This document shows, piece after piece, positions 51,969 through 61,664 of a stretch of DNA of 64,000 nucleotides; the first letter of the stretch is position 1; the number at the start of each line of letters is the position of its first letter. Origin of the DNA: an uncultured Planctomycetaceae bacterium. GTDB taxonomy: Bacteria > Planctomycetota > Planctomycetia > Planctomycetales > Planctomycetaceae. The notes below the pieces were generated by a model. It was given only the letters and a program-made list of their open reading frames with translations. It was not told the DNA's origin and searched no databases. Location: NCBI GenBank assembly GCA_963976765.1, contig CAXBME010000014.1, forward strand, positions 62,001 through 126,000. Direction: 5' to 3'. The position numbers and the translations under genes were made by a program.

Positions 51969-52718
51969 ATGTCTGAGCTGGAAAGCTCTTCTTCCAAAGT
52001 ATCGGGAGCAGCCTACAAGCGAGTCCTGCTCAAATTAAGCGGTAATTGTTTCTGCCGAAGTGGCGAGTCCGGCATTACGATGGCCGAGGTCTCCAGCATC
52101 TCGAAGCAGATTCGCCGAGTTCATGACACCGGCGTCGAGATTGCCATTGTCTGCGGCGGAGGCAACATTCTTCGCGGTCGGGACTTCGCCGCATTCAGCG
52201 CATCGATCAACCCACCAACCGCCCATTATATGGGAATGCTGGCAACCTGCATCAACGGCCTCGCCCTGCAGGACGCGCTGGAGAACGTCGGAGTGCCGAC
52301 TCGCCTGCAGACGGCCATCCGTATGGAAGGTGTCGCCGAACCGTTCATCCGTCGACGCTGTGTCCGGCATCTTGAAAAAGGACGAGTCGTCATCCTCGCC
52401 GCGGGAACCGGCAGCCCATTTGTGACGACTGATACAGCAGCGGCTCTGCGAGCTCGGGAAATCGAAGCGGACGTCGTCCTGAAAGCAACGCGAGTCGACG
52501 GAATTTACTCCGACGATCCGGAAAAGAATCCGCACGCCGTAAAGTACTCCGACATTTCATTTCAGGATGTCCTGCAACAGGATCTGAAAGTCATGGACGC
52601 TCAGGCGATGCACCATTGCATGGAGCAGAACATCCCGATCGTTGTCTTCAACTACCAGAAAGAAGGCAACCTCGAACGAGTCATCGGCGGAGAGAAAATT
52701 GGCACACGCGTTGGCTGA
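51969..52718 (+). CDS. pyrH: Uridylate kinase
   Basis: [44 protein letters not shown]. Confidence 0.97.
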   Translation: MSELESSSSKVSGAAYKRVLLKLSGNCFCRSGESGITMAEVSSISKQIRRVHDTGVEIAIVCGGGNILRGRDFAAFSASINPPTAHYMGMLATCINGLALQDALENVGVPTRLQTAIRMEGVAEPFIRRRCVRHLEKGRVVILAAGTGSPFVTTDTAAALRAREIEADVVLKATRVDGIYSDDPEKNPHAVKYSDISFQDVLQQDLKVMDAQAMHHCMEQNIPIVVFNYQKEGNLERVIGGEKIGTRVG

Positions 52719-52883
52719 CTGCCTGCCTGCCTGCAGGTTCCGACGAAGTGACTCGTTTCGGCAACGCAACTCGATGCTGATCGCTCGCGACGTTGAACCT
52801 CGCCGTTCGGGCAGCAACAATTCGGTCGAGATCGACTCAATAAATTCAATCTTTCGCTATCGGAAACCCTTAAGGAATCAATC

Positions 52884-53444
52884 ATGGACGCTGACGAAAT
52901 TCTTCTCGACGCCGAAGAGCGGATGGAAAAAGCAGTCACCGTTTTCACCGAGCAGTTGTCAGGTCTCCGTACCGGTCGAGCGACTCCCGGCCTGGTCGAC
53001 TCGATCCGCATCGACTACTACGGATCTCAGACACCGCTCAAGCAGGTTGCCAATATCACGGTCCCGGAGCCTCAGCAGATTCTGATCCGGCCATTCGACG
53101 CCGGCACGATGAATGAGATCGTCAAGGCAATTCAGTCGAGCGACGTGGGGCTGGCTCCGATGTCCGACGGACGTGTCATCCGACTGAACGTTCCGCCGCT
53201 TTCACGCGAACGTCGCCAGCAGATGGTGTCGCGGATCAAAGAATTCGCTGAAGACTCGCGAGTCTCCATCCGCAACATTCGCCGTGACGCGAATAAGCAT
53301 GCGGACAACGCTGAGAAGGACAAATCAATGTCCGAAGACCAGCGTGACACCGTGAAAGACGATGTCCAGACGCTGACCAAGAAATTTGAAGGCATGATCA
53401 ACGCGGCCGCTTCCGAAAAAGAAACGCAGATCATGGACGAGTAG
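52884..53444 (+). CDS. frr: Ribosome recycling factor
   Basis: LRTGRA, DYYG..TPL, PPLS.ERR, IRNIRRDAN. Confidence 0.98.
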   Translation: MDADEILLDAEERMEKAVTVFTEQLSGLRTGRATPGLVDSIRIDYYGSQTPLKQVANITVPEPQQILIRPFDAGTMNEIVKAIQSSDVGLAPMSDGRVIRLNVPPLSRERRQQMVSRIKEFAEDSRVSIRNIRRDANKHADNAEKDKSMSEDQRDTVKDDVQTLTKKFEGMINAAASEKETQIMDE

Positions 53445-53462
53445 CAGCACCCATCACGCCAG

Positions 53463-53491
53463 AACCGCGAGGCAGTCCCTCGCGGTTTTTT
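53463..53491 (+). terminator. Intrinsic terminator after frr
   Basis: aaccgcgagg-cagtc-cctcgcggtt followed by a T run. Confidence 0.88.
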
Positions 53492-53592
53492 CGTATCCAC
53501 CCGCTCCTGAGCAGCCAACTGTCAATCCACGAGAGCACTTTCAGAATTCGTTTTCAGCGTGCCAGCTCCTGCGCAGAAACCATGAAAATGGT

Positions 53593-56500
53593 CTAATTAC
53601 TGGCGTCAACGTTCGCCAGGATCGCCGTTGTCAGCTCAAACGGCATTCCCGAAGTGAAGACTCTGTCGACCAGCGGATCAGCATCGGCAAGTCCATTGAC
53701 GCCTTCTCCGCCGTCGATCACATCGGAACTACCGTTGCCGCTGATTCCATCGTCGCCTTCCTGACCAAGCAACGTGTCCGCAGCCGCGCCACCGGAGATC
53801 ATGTCGTCTCCGTCGCCGCCAAGGATGGTGTCGTTACCACCCATTCCGTTGATCTGATCATTGCCGTTTCCGCCGACAATGCCGTCGTTGCCAGCCCCGC
53901 CGTCGATGGTGTCTTCACCGTCTCCGCCATCGATGGTGTCATTGCCGGTCCCGCCCAACAGCAGGTCGTTCCCGTGATCGCCGCGGAGCTTGTCGTTGCC
54001 GCTGTGACCTCGAAGCGTGTCCTGGTTTCGGCCACCGTCGAGCGTGTCATCCCCTGCTCCGCCGAGCAGAACGTCTTTTCCCTCGCCGCCAAAGAGGATG
54101 TCATCCCCACTTTTTCCATCCAGAATGTCATCGCCCAGACCGCCACTGATTGAATCGTTACCGTCGGCCCCGCTCAGAATGTCGCTGTCTTCGTTCCCTT
54201 CCAGAGTGTCGTCACCATCTCCACCATCGAGTGTATCGTTGCCGAAGTTCCCTCTCAGGATGTCGCGACCGGCGTCGCCGTTCAGTACGTCCTGACCGTC
54301 GCCCCCAACCAGCGTATCGTCACCATCGCCACCGCTGAGTGAGTCGTCGCCGGCACTGCCGCGAAGTGTCTCGTTGCCGGACGAACCGGTCAGAGTGTCA
54401 TTGCCATTGCCCCCGTCGAGCTGGAGGTTCGCGACGCCGAGCATCGCTCCAGCGGCACTAATCGTATCGTCGCCGTTCTGCCCGTTGGCCGTAATCAGAA
54501 TCGATCCGACGTTGTTGACATCGGTAATGATGATCTGGTCCGCTCCGTTGCCACCATTGATGACCAGCTCTTCCAGCCCGTTTGCGAAGTCCTGCAACGC
54601 GTTGGGCAGATTGAGTGTCGACCCGCCACCGGTCACGGTCAGCGTGCTGCCAGACTGACCGACCGTGATCGTGTCTGCACCGGATGTTCCTCGAACCTCA
54701 ACCTGATCACGCCCATCTGTGCCGTCAATGATGTCCTGGCCATCCTGCTTCCAGACGATCGTGTCGTCACCTGCTCCGCCGTTAATGACGTCCGCGCCGC
54801 CCTGCCCGAAGATCGTGTCCTGACCATCTTCCCCGAAGATGCTATCGTCGTCGTTGCCGCCGTAAACAATGTCATCGCCCATTCCGGCTGCGATAAAATC
54901 GGCTCCGGCTGAGCCAGTAATCGTGTCGTTTCCGGACAGCGTCCCTGCAATGTCATCTCCGTAGATGAAGTCGGAACTTGTCCCGCCATCAATGAAGTCA
55001 TTGCCTGCTCCACCGGTGATCGTATCCCGTCCGCCCTGCCCGTCCAGCTGGTCATTCCCGTTGCCGCCGTCGATCAGGTCAGCTCCTCCGCCGCCGTAAA
55101 CAGTGTCGTCACCACCCACCGCCACAATGACATCGTTGCCACCGTTCCCGATCAACAGGTCGTCGTTCTCGGTACCGCCAAGGGTGTCGTTCCCTGCTCC
55201 ACCGATCAGAGTTACTCCGGCCGTTGACGGAACAACCGTGCCATTGACGGGACCTGTTGCTGGTGCATTTGCGGCAAAGCTGTAGACAAAGAGTTCGTAG
55301 TTGCCTGTCTCAACTCCAGTCGCAGACTCAACCCGGATGTAGTAGGTGCCGTCCGTTGGAATCATCAGGTCGATCAGGATGGAATCTGTCGACTCGAATT
55401 CGTTGTCGTTGATAGCCGTACCCGCGAAATACGGAATCGCTGCGCCGCTGGCATCGACGACCGAGATCTGCGTATCAAAGAACTGAGTGTACCTGGGGGC
55501 AGTGCCCGAGCTGTTTGCAAAAACGCTCGACATCAGCTCCAGGTTGAAAAGCTGACCCGCGTTCGCATCGAACGAATACAAATCCACCTCGCCGGGCACC
55601 TGCAACGCTCCGACAACAGTTGTCGCGTCGACGTCAAACTCAAGACCGGCAAGGCTTCCCGTCAACTCGGTATTCGGAACGACCAGGTCTGCCAGCGAGA
55701 CGGGCTGTGCCGTAATTGGAGTTGCATGCGTTCCAAACTGCTCCGTCAGGACCTGTCCCTGAAAACTGAAGAACGCCAGCTTCACGGCAGAGCGAGCCCC
55801 AAGAGACTGCCCGCTCAGTGCATCTGTTGTAACTTCGCCAGTGGCAGGTGAAGCCATAATATGACTCGTCGTTCCGATAGCTCCGACGGAGCCCGGGTAG
55901 GCCGGTGTGTAACCAGTCGAGCCAGGTGTTCCGCCAATCCCCGATCCAATCGGCCCGTAGGCGTCACCATGTCGGAGCCCCATCAGGTGTCCAAGCTCGT
56001 GGGCCGCCACTTTCGCGGTCAGTTCGACAAAGTTGGTACTTGACGCCAGAGGCTGGCCAACTCCGCCGAGAAGACCGTTCACGTCGACGACGGCATCGCC
56101 AGCGAGATTCTGATTTCTGAAATCTATCTCAAATGCAAAGCCCCCCGGTTGCCCGTCCGGCGGCAACTGATTCATCAGAATCGTCGAAAACAGCCCAAAC
56201 ACCGGACGAGTCTGCGTGAACAGGACCGTGAAGTTTCCATAGATATCTTCCAGCCGCGTTTGAATCGCGTCGCGTTCCGCCTGCGTGTAGAAATGATCGC
56301 CGACGAAGAAATTCGTTGCCGAATCGAAGTCAAGGAAAACGACCTGCTGAACTCCGTCTCCATCGTCTTCAATGACCGCCGTACCAAACGCGTCAATGAC
56401 CACAGCGTTCGAAACATTCGCCAACTGCACAAAGAATGTTTCATTCGTTTCAGGAAGCGTGTCGCCAATGATCGGCACACTAACCGTCTGACTGACGACT

Positions 56501-58383
56501 CCCGGAGCGAAAGTAATTGTGGAATTCAAACTCTCATAATCGAATCCAGCGGTCGCCGTTCCATTGATGGTAAAAACGTCGGCAGTCACGGTCAGGGCGC
56601 TTGGTCGCGACAGAGTCACCGTGAATTCAGCGGTAGCTGTCCTTCCAAAGTTTCCTTCGACGCCTACTGTCGCGTCGGAAATCGACAGCGACTGGTCACC
56701 GGCATCCAACTGGTCAGCACCGTCACCGCCGTCAATGACATCGTTGCCACCACCGCCTGTCAGAATGTCATCGCCGGAATTCCCGAAGACAGTGTCGTCG
56801 CCAGGCGAAGTGGCCCGTCGACCGTCTCCCAGTACCAGGTCGTCGTCGCCACCGCCGAACAGCGAGTCGTTTCCACCTTCGCCGACAACTGTGTCATTCC
56901 CGACGCCGCCGTTTGCCGTGTCATTACCGGCGCCTGCGACGATGCTGTCCGCTCCATCGCCGCCAGAGATGCTGTCAGCGCCGTCGTGTCCATCAATCGT
57001 GTCATCGCCATCGCCGCCTGCCAGGACATCGTCGCCGATCCAGCCCAGAATCATGTCGTTGCCGTCACCGCCGTTGATGGTGTCGTTTCCGTCGGCTCCG
57101 TTCAGAGTGTCGTTTCCGTCGCCACCGTCGATCGTCAGATTGCCCTGACGATTGCTCGTGCCTGGTGTTCCCACAACGAAGTCAATCCAACTGGCGTAAG
57201 CGTCGACCCGAGTTGCCGAAGCAACGTCACCAATTGCGGCGTTGGGCTGCGAGTTGAACGAACTGATACCAGCAACAAACAGCTCGGTCCCAATCTGCAC
57301 AAAGTTTGGACCGCCGATATCACCAGGAGCGATGTTGCTTTCCGTGTCGTTGTCGAAGCCCCATTGGATCAATGTTGGAGTCACGACATCAACCGGAGTC
57401 GTGCCGGAACGTTTTGTTCCGAACGTCATGTCCTGGCCAGTCGTACCATCGCCCCCCGCCCCGAAGCCGACGATCGTCAGCAGGTCGTTCACTGCCGGAG
57501 CGTTTCTGTACAACGGACTGGGGACAACGCCGGTCACCGCGCGATCCAGCTCGATAATGGCCAGATCGTTCGCCGAGTCAGTGCCGAGCTGTGTCGCGTC
57601 AAAGTCTGGATGAATGGTGATCGCCACACTGGCGAACGTGTCCGTCCCCAGCGTAAACCGTGCGTCCGTTGCCGCGAGTCCTGCCACATTCTGAGCGGAA
57701 GTCAGCACAAACCTCGGCGCAATCAATGTCCCGGTGCTTGAGCCGGCGATGGCGTTCCCGACAATTCCGACGGACTCAAACAGCATGGTGTCTGTGCCGT
57801 TAATAACGTTCGCCGTTTCAGTTCCAGCCAGCGCCCGCAACGGCGACGTCTTCAACGCTGTGGATCCAACGTTCAACGGATTTGACGGGGGACTGACCGG
57901 CGTAAAATTGATGATGTCATCACCATCGCCGCCAAACAGCGTGTCGTTCAGATCGAACGATCCCAGAATTGTGTCGTCCCCGTTGCCTCCGTCGACATAA
58001 ACAGAAGTCGGCTGGCCAGTGACCGGATCGACGAACGAGAAGTCAGCAGCGATCACTCTGGAAAGATCGATCAGATTGCTGCCAGCTCCACCGATGACAC
58101 GAATCGAAGAGATCTGGCTGGCCTGAACAGTGGCCAACCCCGAATGCGGCTGCCCGTTGATGAGCAACTCAAGGTTTCCCTTGCCATCGGCCGTTGTCCC
58201 AATCGCGATGGTCTCATCCGCGTCCGACAGAACCAGCAGCTCATTGTTCACGAGCGAGGCTGCGGCCGACAGATAGACCCGCTGCTCCAGATTCTCGGAC
58301 GCAACAGACTGGGCCGCCCGGCGACGTTTTCCACGCCCGTTGAGCTTTCTGTCCAACAGTTTCTTCCAGGTGGTAATGTTCAT
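53593..58383 (-). CDS. Large extracellular protein: LEPRxLL-type leader, RTX Ca-binding repeats, degenerate trypsin domain, Calx-beta, metzincin domain, PPC-like domain, RTX repeats
   Basis: ENLEQRVYLS; many GGxGxDxL nonapeptides; GTLIAPRFVLT / NDLAIIEL / GDIGGP; ATAGFDY...TFAPG...VPIIGD..PE.NETF.V.L; HELGHLMGLRH plus HIMAS; EVDLYSF...DGTYYIRV...GNYEL. Confidence 0.88.
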   Translation of the reverse strand: MNITTWKKLLDRKLNGRGKRRRAAQSVASENLEQRVYLSAAASLVNNELLVLSDADETIAIGTTADGKGNLELLINGQPHSGLATVQASQISSIRVIGGAGSNLIDLSRVIAADFSFVDPVTGQPTSVYVDGGNGDDTILGSFDLNDTLFGGDGDDIINFTPVSPPSNPLNVGSTALKTSPLRALAGTETANVINGTDTMLFESVGIVGNAIAGSSTGTLIAPRFVLTSAQNVAGLAATDARFTLGTDTFASVAITIHPDFDATQLGTDSANDLAIIELDRAVTGVVPSPLYRNAPAVNDLLTIVGFGAGGDGTTGQDMTFGTKRSGTTPVDVVTPTLIQWGFDNDTESNIAPGDIGGPNFVQIGTELFVAGISSFNSQPNAAIGDVASATRVDAYASWIDFVVGTPGTSNRQGNLTIDGGDGNDTLNGADGNDTINGGDGNDMILGWIGDDVLAGGDGDDTIDGHDGADSISGGDGADSIVAGAGNDTANGGVGNDTVVGEGGNDSLFGGGDDDLVLGDGRRATSPGDDTVFGNSGDDILTGGGGNDVIDGGDGADQLDAGDQSLSISDATVGVEGNFGRTATAEFTVTLSRPSALTVTADVFTINGTATAGFDYESLNSTITFAPGVVSQTVSVPIIGDTLPETNETFFVQLANVSNAVVIDAFGTAVIEDDGDGVQQVVFLDFDSATNFFVGDHFYTQAERDAIQTRLEDIYGNFTVLFTQTRPVFGLFSTILMNQLPPDGQPGGFAFEIDFRNQNLAGDAVVDVNGLLGGVGQPLASSTNFVELTAKVAAHELGHLMGLRHGDAYGPIGSGIGGTPGSTGYTPAYPGSVGAIGTTSHIMASPATGEVTTDALSGQSLGARSAVKLAFFSFQGQVLTEQFGTHATPITAQPVSLADLVVPNTELTGSLAGLEFDVDATTVVGALQVPGEVDLYSFDANAGQLFNLELMSSVFANSSGTAPRYTQFFDTQISVVDASGAAIPYFAGTAINDNEFESTDSILIDLMIPTDGTYYIRVESATGVETGNYELFVYSFAANAPATGPVNGTVVPSTAGVTLIGGAGNDTLGGTENDDLLIGNGGNDVIVAVGGDDTVYGGGGADLIDGGNGNDQLDGQGGRDTITGGAGNDFIDGGTSSDFIYGDDIAGTLSGNDTITGSAGADFIAAGMGDDIVYGGNDDDSIFGEDGQDTIFGQGGADVINGGAGDDTIVWKQDGQDIIDGTDGRDQVEVRGTSGADTITVGQSGSTLTVTGGGSTLNLPNALQDFANGLEELVINGGNGADQIIITDVNNVGSILITANGQNGDDTISAAGAMLGVANLQLDGGNGNDTLTGSSGNETLRGSAGDDSLSGGDGDDTLVGGDGQDVLNGDAGRDILRGNFGNDTLDGGDGDDTLEGNEDSDILSGADGNDSISGGLGDDILDGKSGDDILFGGEGKDVLLGGAGDDTLDGGRNQDTLRGHSGNDKLRGDHGNDLLLGGTGNDTIDGGDGEDTIDGGAGNDGIVGGNGNDQINGMGGNDTILGGDGDDMISGGAAADTLLGQEGDDGISGNGSSDVIDGGEGVNGLADADPLVDRVFTSGMPFELTTAILANVDASN

Positions 58384-58834
58384 AGTCCCTTCCCTGGACC
58401 GGAGCTATCTGCTGCTCGGATCGCTTTCCATTGTTCAAAATGAAATTACGGCGAAGGCACTCAGAGTTTTCCGACTCCGATTCCCCGATGGCTTCAAACC
58501 TGTCACTGATCTCAGCCCCGAAGACGGGCTCATGATCGGCAAAGGCGTTACCATGCGCGTAATCCCGACAACGGTATCGGTCGGAACAATTGGCATATCT
58601 GACACAACAGGTATCAACCGGCAGAACTGGAAGAACAGCTACACTCAACCTGACCGGCAAAGTTTGCCACCTTTACGCAAAGTCTCGCCGAACGCTCGTT
58701 ACCGCGTCACATTTGTGAGAATTCAGACAGCCGACGCTCAAGAAGCCGATTTCTGATGACCTCACCGTCGCCGTACCCCGGATTTGAGCGAACAAGGCAG
58801 ACGTAGAGCCCCTGCCCAACAAGGCGACTTTGAA

Positions 58835-59686
58835 ATGACTACTCAGGCCGCTGGAGACTTGATCTGGACGATCAACAGCCCGTCGCTGATCCGGTTACCT
58901 ACGGGAAATGGTTCCTCGAGCTGGCCAGTCTGCAGGGAATCCGACTTTGATCCCGAAGAACTCCATACCTGGTGCGAGTCCCATCGTCAGTATCGAGTCG
59001 GCAGGTACTTTGAAGACCTCATCCATTTCTATCTGCTGTCAGTTCGCAGCTTCGAGATCGTCGAACAAGGTCTGCAGATTGAAGAAAATGGCCGGACGAT
59101 TGGGGAACTCGATTTTCTCTATCGAAATCAGAATGGCGAGTTGTGCCACTGCGAAACCGCCGTCAAGTTTTTCCTTCACACGCCTGAATCGAATGACTCG
59201 GGCAGCCATTTCATCGGCCCTAATTCTGCCGACAACTTTGAGAAGAAGACTCAAAGACTGTTCGAACATCAGCTCCGGTTGAGCGAGGTCCGTTTTCCCG
59301 ACGTCAGTCATCGGGAAGCGTTTGTCAAAGGCCGGATTTTTTATCACCCCCTGACGCCGGCCCCGACCATTCTGCCCGAATTGCTCGCCAGAGATCATCT
59401 CAAGGGTTCATGGATTCGCGAATCGGAACTTGAGCTTCTTGGACTGTCTGATTCAAACGCCAGATTTCGCGTCGCCAGAAAACCTCACTGGCTGGCCCCG
59501 GAGCAGGCAGCCCTCGCCGACGAGACGCTGCTGACGGTCGACGGGATCCGCCTCCAGCTCGAAAATCACTTCACGAAAAAGCGAACACCTCAACTCGTCA
59601 CTGTACTGTCGAAAAACAAGGAACAGTGGCAGGAGTCAGATCGAGTGTTCGTTGTCTCGGATCAGTGGCCTCACAACGTATCCTGA
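58835..59686 (+). CDS. DUF1853 family protein (PD-(D/E)xK-like fold)
   Basis: RVGRYFEDL, GRTIGELDFL, HCETAVKFFL, IGPN..D...K...L..HQL.LS. Confidence 0.85.
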   Translation: MTTQAAGDLIWTINSPSLIRLPTGNGSSSWPVCRESDFDPEELHTWCESHRQYRVGRYFEDLIHFYLLSVRSFEIVEQGLQIEENGRTIGELDFLYRNQNGELCHCETAVKFFLHTPESNDSGSHFIGPNSADNFEKKTQRLFEHQLRLSEVRFPDVSHREAFVKGRIFYHPLTPAPTILPELLARDHLKGSWIRESELELLGLSDSNARFRVARKPHWLAPEQAALADETLLTVDGIRLQLENHFTKKRTPQLVTVLSKNKEQWQESDRVFVVSDQWPHNVS

Positions 59687-59847
59687 CCTGCGGGACGACG
59701 CTCAACAGGCGATACCAGGAAGCAGAATCGTGGTCACTCGTCAGTGAGCAGATCGTCGACTAAAAACCGCAACGTCGCGACGCCAACTCTTCTCAGAAAA
59801 CATCGACTGGCTGCTTCGACAGCCTGAACCTGCAGCGAAAGTAGCTC

Positions 59848-60732
59848 ATGACTGATCGATTGCTGACCGGAATCCCTCGGCTGGACGAAATGCTGGGCGG
59901 CGGACTCCTACCCGGAAAACTGACAGTCGTTGTGGGCGCAACGGGGATCGGCAAAACGCAGCTTGGCATTCAGTTTGCGAGAAAAGGCCTGGAGCAGGAT
60001 GGCGAAAACGGAGTCATCTTCGACATGACGGCTCGAGGTGACATGCAGAATCATGCCGACTACGCCGATCGCCTGTTTGGCTGGAAGCTGCGGGAAAAAG
60101 CCGCCGGCCAGAAAGTCCACGCTCACGAGGTCTGGGATCGGGAGACCGGACGCTTCGATTCGATGCACATTTTTCATCGAGCCGGTCGTCGAGTCACCAT
60201 CAGCGATATGGAACTCGACGATTGGAAGTCATGGAAAGTCGACCTGCAGAAAAAGATTGTCGAAGCGATTGGCTTCTTTTACGGCAATTTCGTGCACGGA
60301 GTGCGACGCTGCGTCATGGACGGCATCGAACCGACTGACCGACCCAGCGACTCGTTTCAGTTCCACATGTTCGAATACATCTATCATCAGATCCTGCGCA
60401 AGGAATCCGACTGGGTGGCTCGCGACCTCTTCCGCGCTCAGTTTCGACAGAACGCGGAAACGATCGACAAGCACGCGTACAACCACGAAGACGTCGGCTG
60501 CCTGCTGCTTTACACCTGCCACGAAATGATGATCGATGAACTGATCGAACGCCGCATCGAATCAGGCGACGTCCTGTCCAACGCAAACACGATCATCCTG
60601 ATGGGCAAATATCGTGACGGCATGAAAATGGGCCGAGCACTCTGCGTCGCGAAGCATCGTGGCAGCGCCGTCGATGAAACCATCGTCCCGTTCGAAATTG
60701 ACGATAACGGCATTCAGCTGGCAGCTGACTAG
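59848..60732 (+). CDS. Single-domain KaiC/RAD55-like RecA-fold ATPase
   Basis: [39 protein letters not shown]...PFEI...GI. Confidence 0.88.
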   Translation: MTDRLLTGIPRLDEMLGGGLLPGKLTVVVGATGIGKTQLGIQFARKGLEQDGENGVIFDMTARGDMQNHADYADRLFGWKLREKAAGQKVHAHEVWDRETGRFDSMHIFHRAGRRVTISDMELDDWKSWKVDLQKKIVEAIGFFYGNFVHGVRRCVMDGIEPTDRPSDSFQFHMFEYIYHQILRKESDWVARDLFRAQFRQNAETIDKHAYNHEDVGCLLLYTCHEMMIDELIERRIESGDVLSNANTIILMGKYRDGMKMGRALCVAKHRGSAVDETIVPFEIDDNGIQLAAD

Positions 60733-60793
60733 CCGGACTATACTGGCCACCAATCATCCGCCTGGTCACCGATTATCCGACAACGCGGTCGGG

Positions 60794-60982
60794 CTATTGA
60801 AGCTCCGGCTCGGCGCGAACAACCGCTTCGCCGTCTGGATCGAACGTCACTCGAATAACATGAGGACGGCAGCAAACCGGACAATCCTCGACGTACTCCT
60901 GCGAGGAACCGCCGGTGCTGTCGAGCGGGATGATGATCTCTTCTCCGCAGGAATCGCAGACGTAGCTTCCGTCGTCCATCAT
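60794..60982 (-). CDS. CPXCG-motif cysteine-rich (zinc-ribbon) protein
   Basis: CDSCGEEI...QEYVEDCPVCCRP. Confidence 0.85.
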   Translation of the reverse strand: MMDDGSYVCDSCGEEIIIPLDSTGGSSQEYVEDCPVCCRPHVIRVTFDPDGEAVVRAEPELQ

Positions 60983-61013
60983 TTCGCAATCTCCCTGACC
61001 TCGCACATCGTCT

Positions 61014-61499
61014 TCAATCTTCCGTGTGGCGATGAAATTCGACGTCGATCACGTCATTCGCAGAGGCTGAAGGCTGCCTGTTTTCGGCACCGGGCGACGC
61101 TCCAGGAAAACCAGCCCCGAATCCCTGCACACTGGCAGCTGCCTGGACCTTGATTGAATCCTGAAAACGCTTCCGCAGGAACGCTCGCACCGGAGGAACC
61201 AGCAAAGAAAAACCAACAACATCGGTCATCATTCCCGGCGTGATCAGCAACACCCCAGCAACGAAGATCATCATCGCGTCAACCAACGAAGCCGCCGGCA
61301 TTTTCCCTTGCTGAGTCTCACGCTGAATGGCCATCCACGTTTGCAGCCCCTGTCGACGAGCGAGACTCGCTCCGACAAAACCTGTGATCAGCACCAGCCA
61401 GATAGTCGTCGCCGCTCCAAGTCGCTCGCTGACCAGCATCAGCAACCACAGCTCGATCAACGGCGTCAGAATAAAAAGCAGCAGCAATCGCCCAAACAC
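61014..61499 (-). CDS. fxsA: FxsA family membrane protein
   Basis: PLIELWLL, TGFVGASLARRQG, LLITPGMMTD..G..LL.P..R, C-terminal VIDVEF; GTG start after GGGG. Confidence 0.9.
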   Translation of the reverse strand: MFGRLLLLFILTPLIELWLLMLVSERLGAATTIWLVLITGFVGASLARRQGLQTWMAIQRETQQGKMPAASLVDAMMIFVAGVLLITPGMMTDVVGFSLLVPPVRAFLRKRFQDSIKVQAAASVQGFGAGFPGASPGAENRQPSASANDVIDVEFHRHTED

Positions 61500-61664
61500 A
61501 GTTCGTCCCCCGAAACTCAACACGTCAATGAATAGTCTGCTATGTCGGGCTGGACAGTGCCACCGACCAAGGCCATCGTTCGGAAGACGTGAAACGGGCC
61601 ATCGAACTGCCAGATCTGCAAGAACACCTCTGGTGACGCCGGTTTATTTAGATGCTTACCGCAT

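Noticed and set aside
56149..57741. 530-aa plus-strand ORF
   Set aside because: Antisense shadow of the repetitive RTX gene; no motifs or RBS.
59848..60732. Circadian clock KaiC
   Set aside because: Single domain and no kaiA/kaiB in the window.
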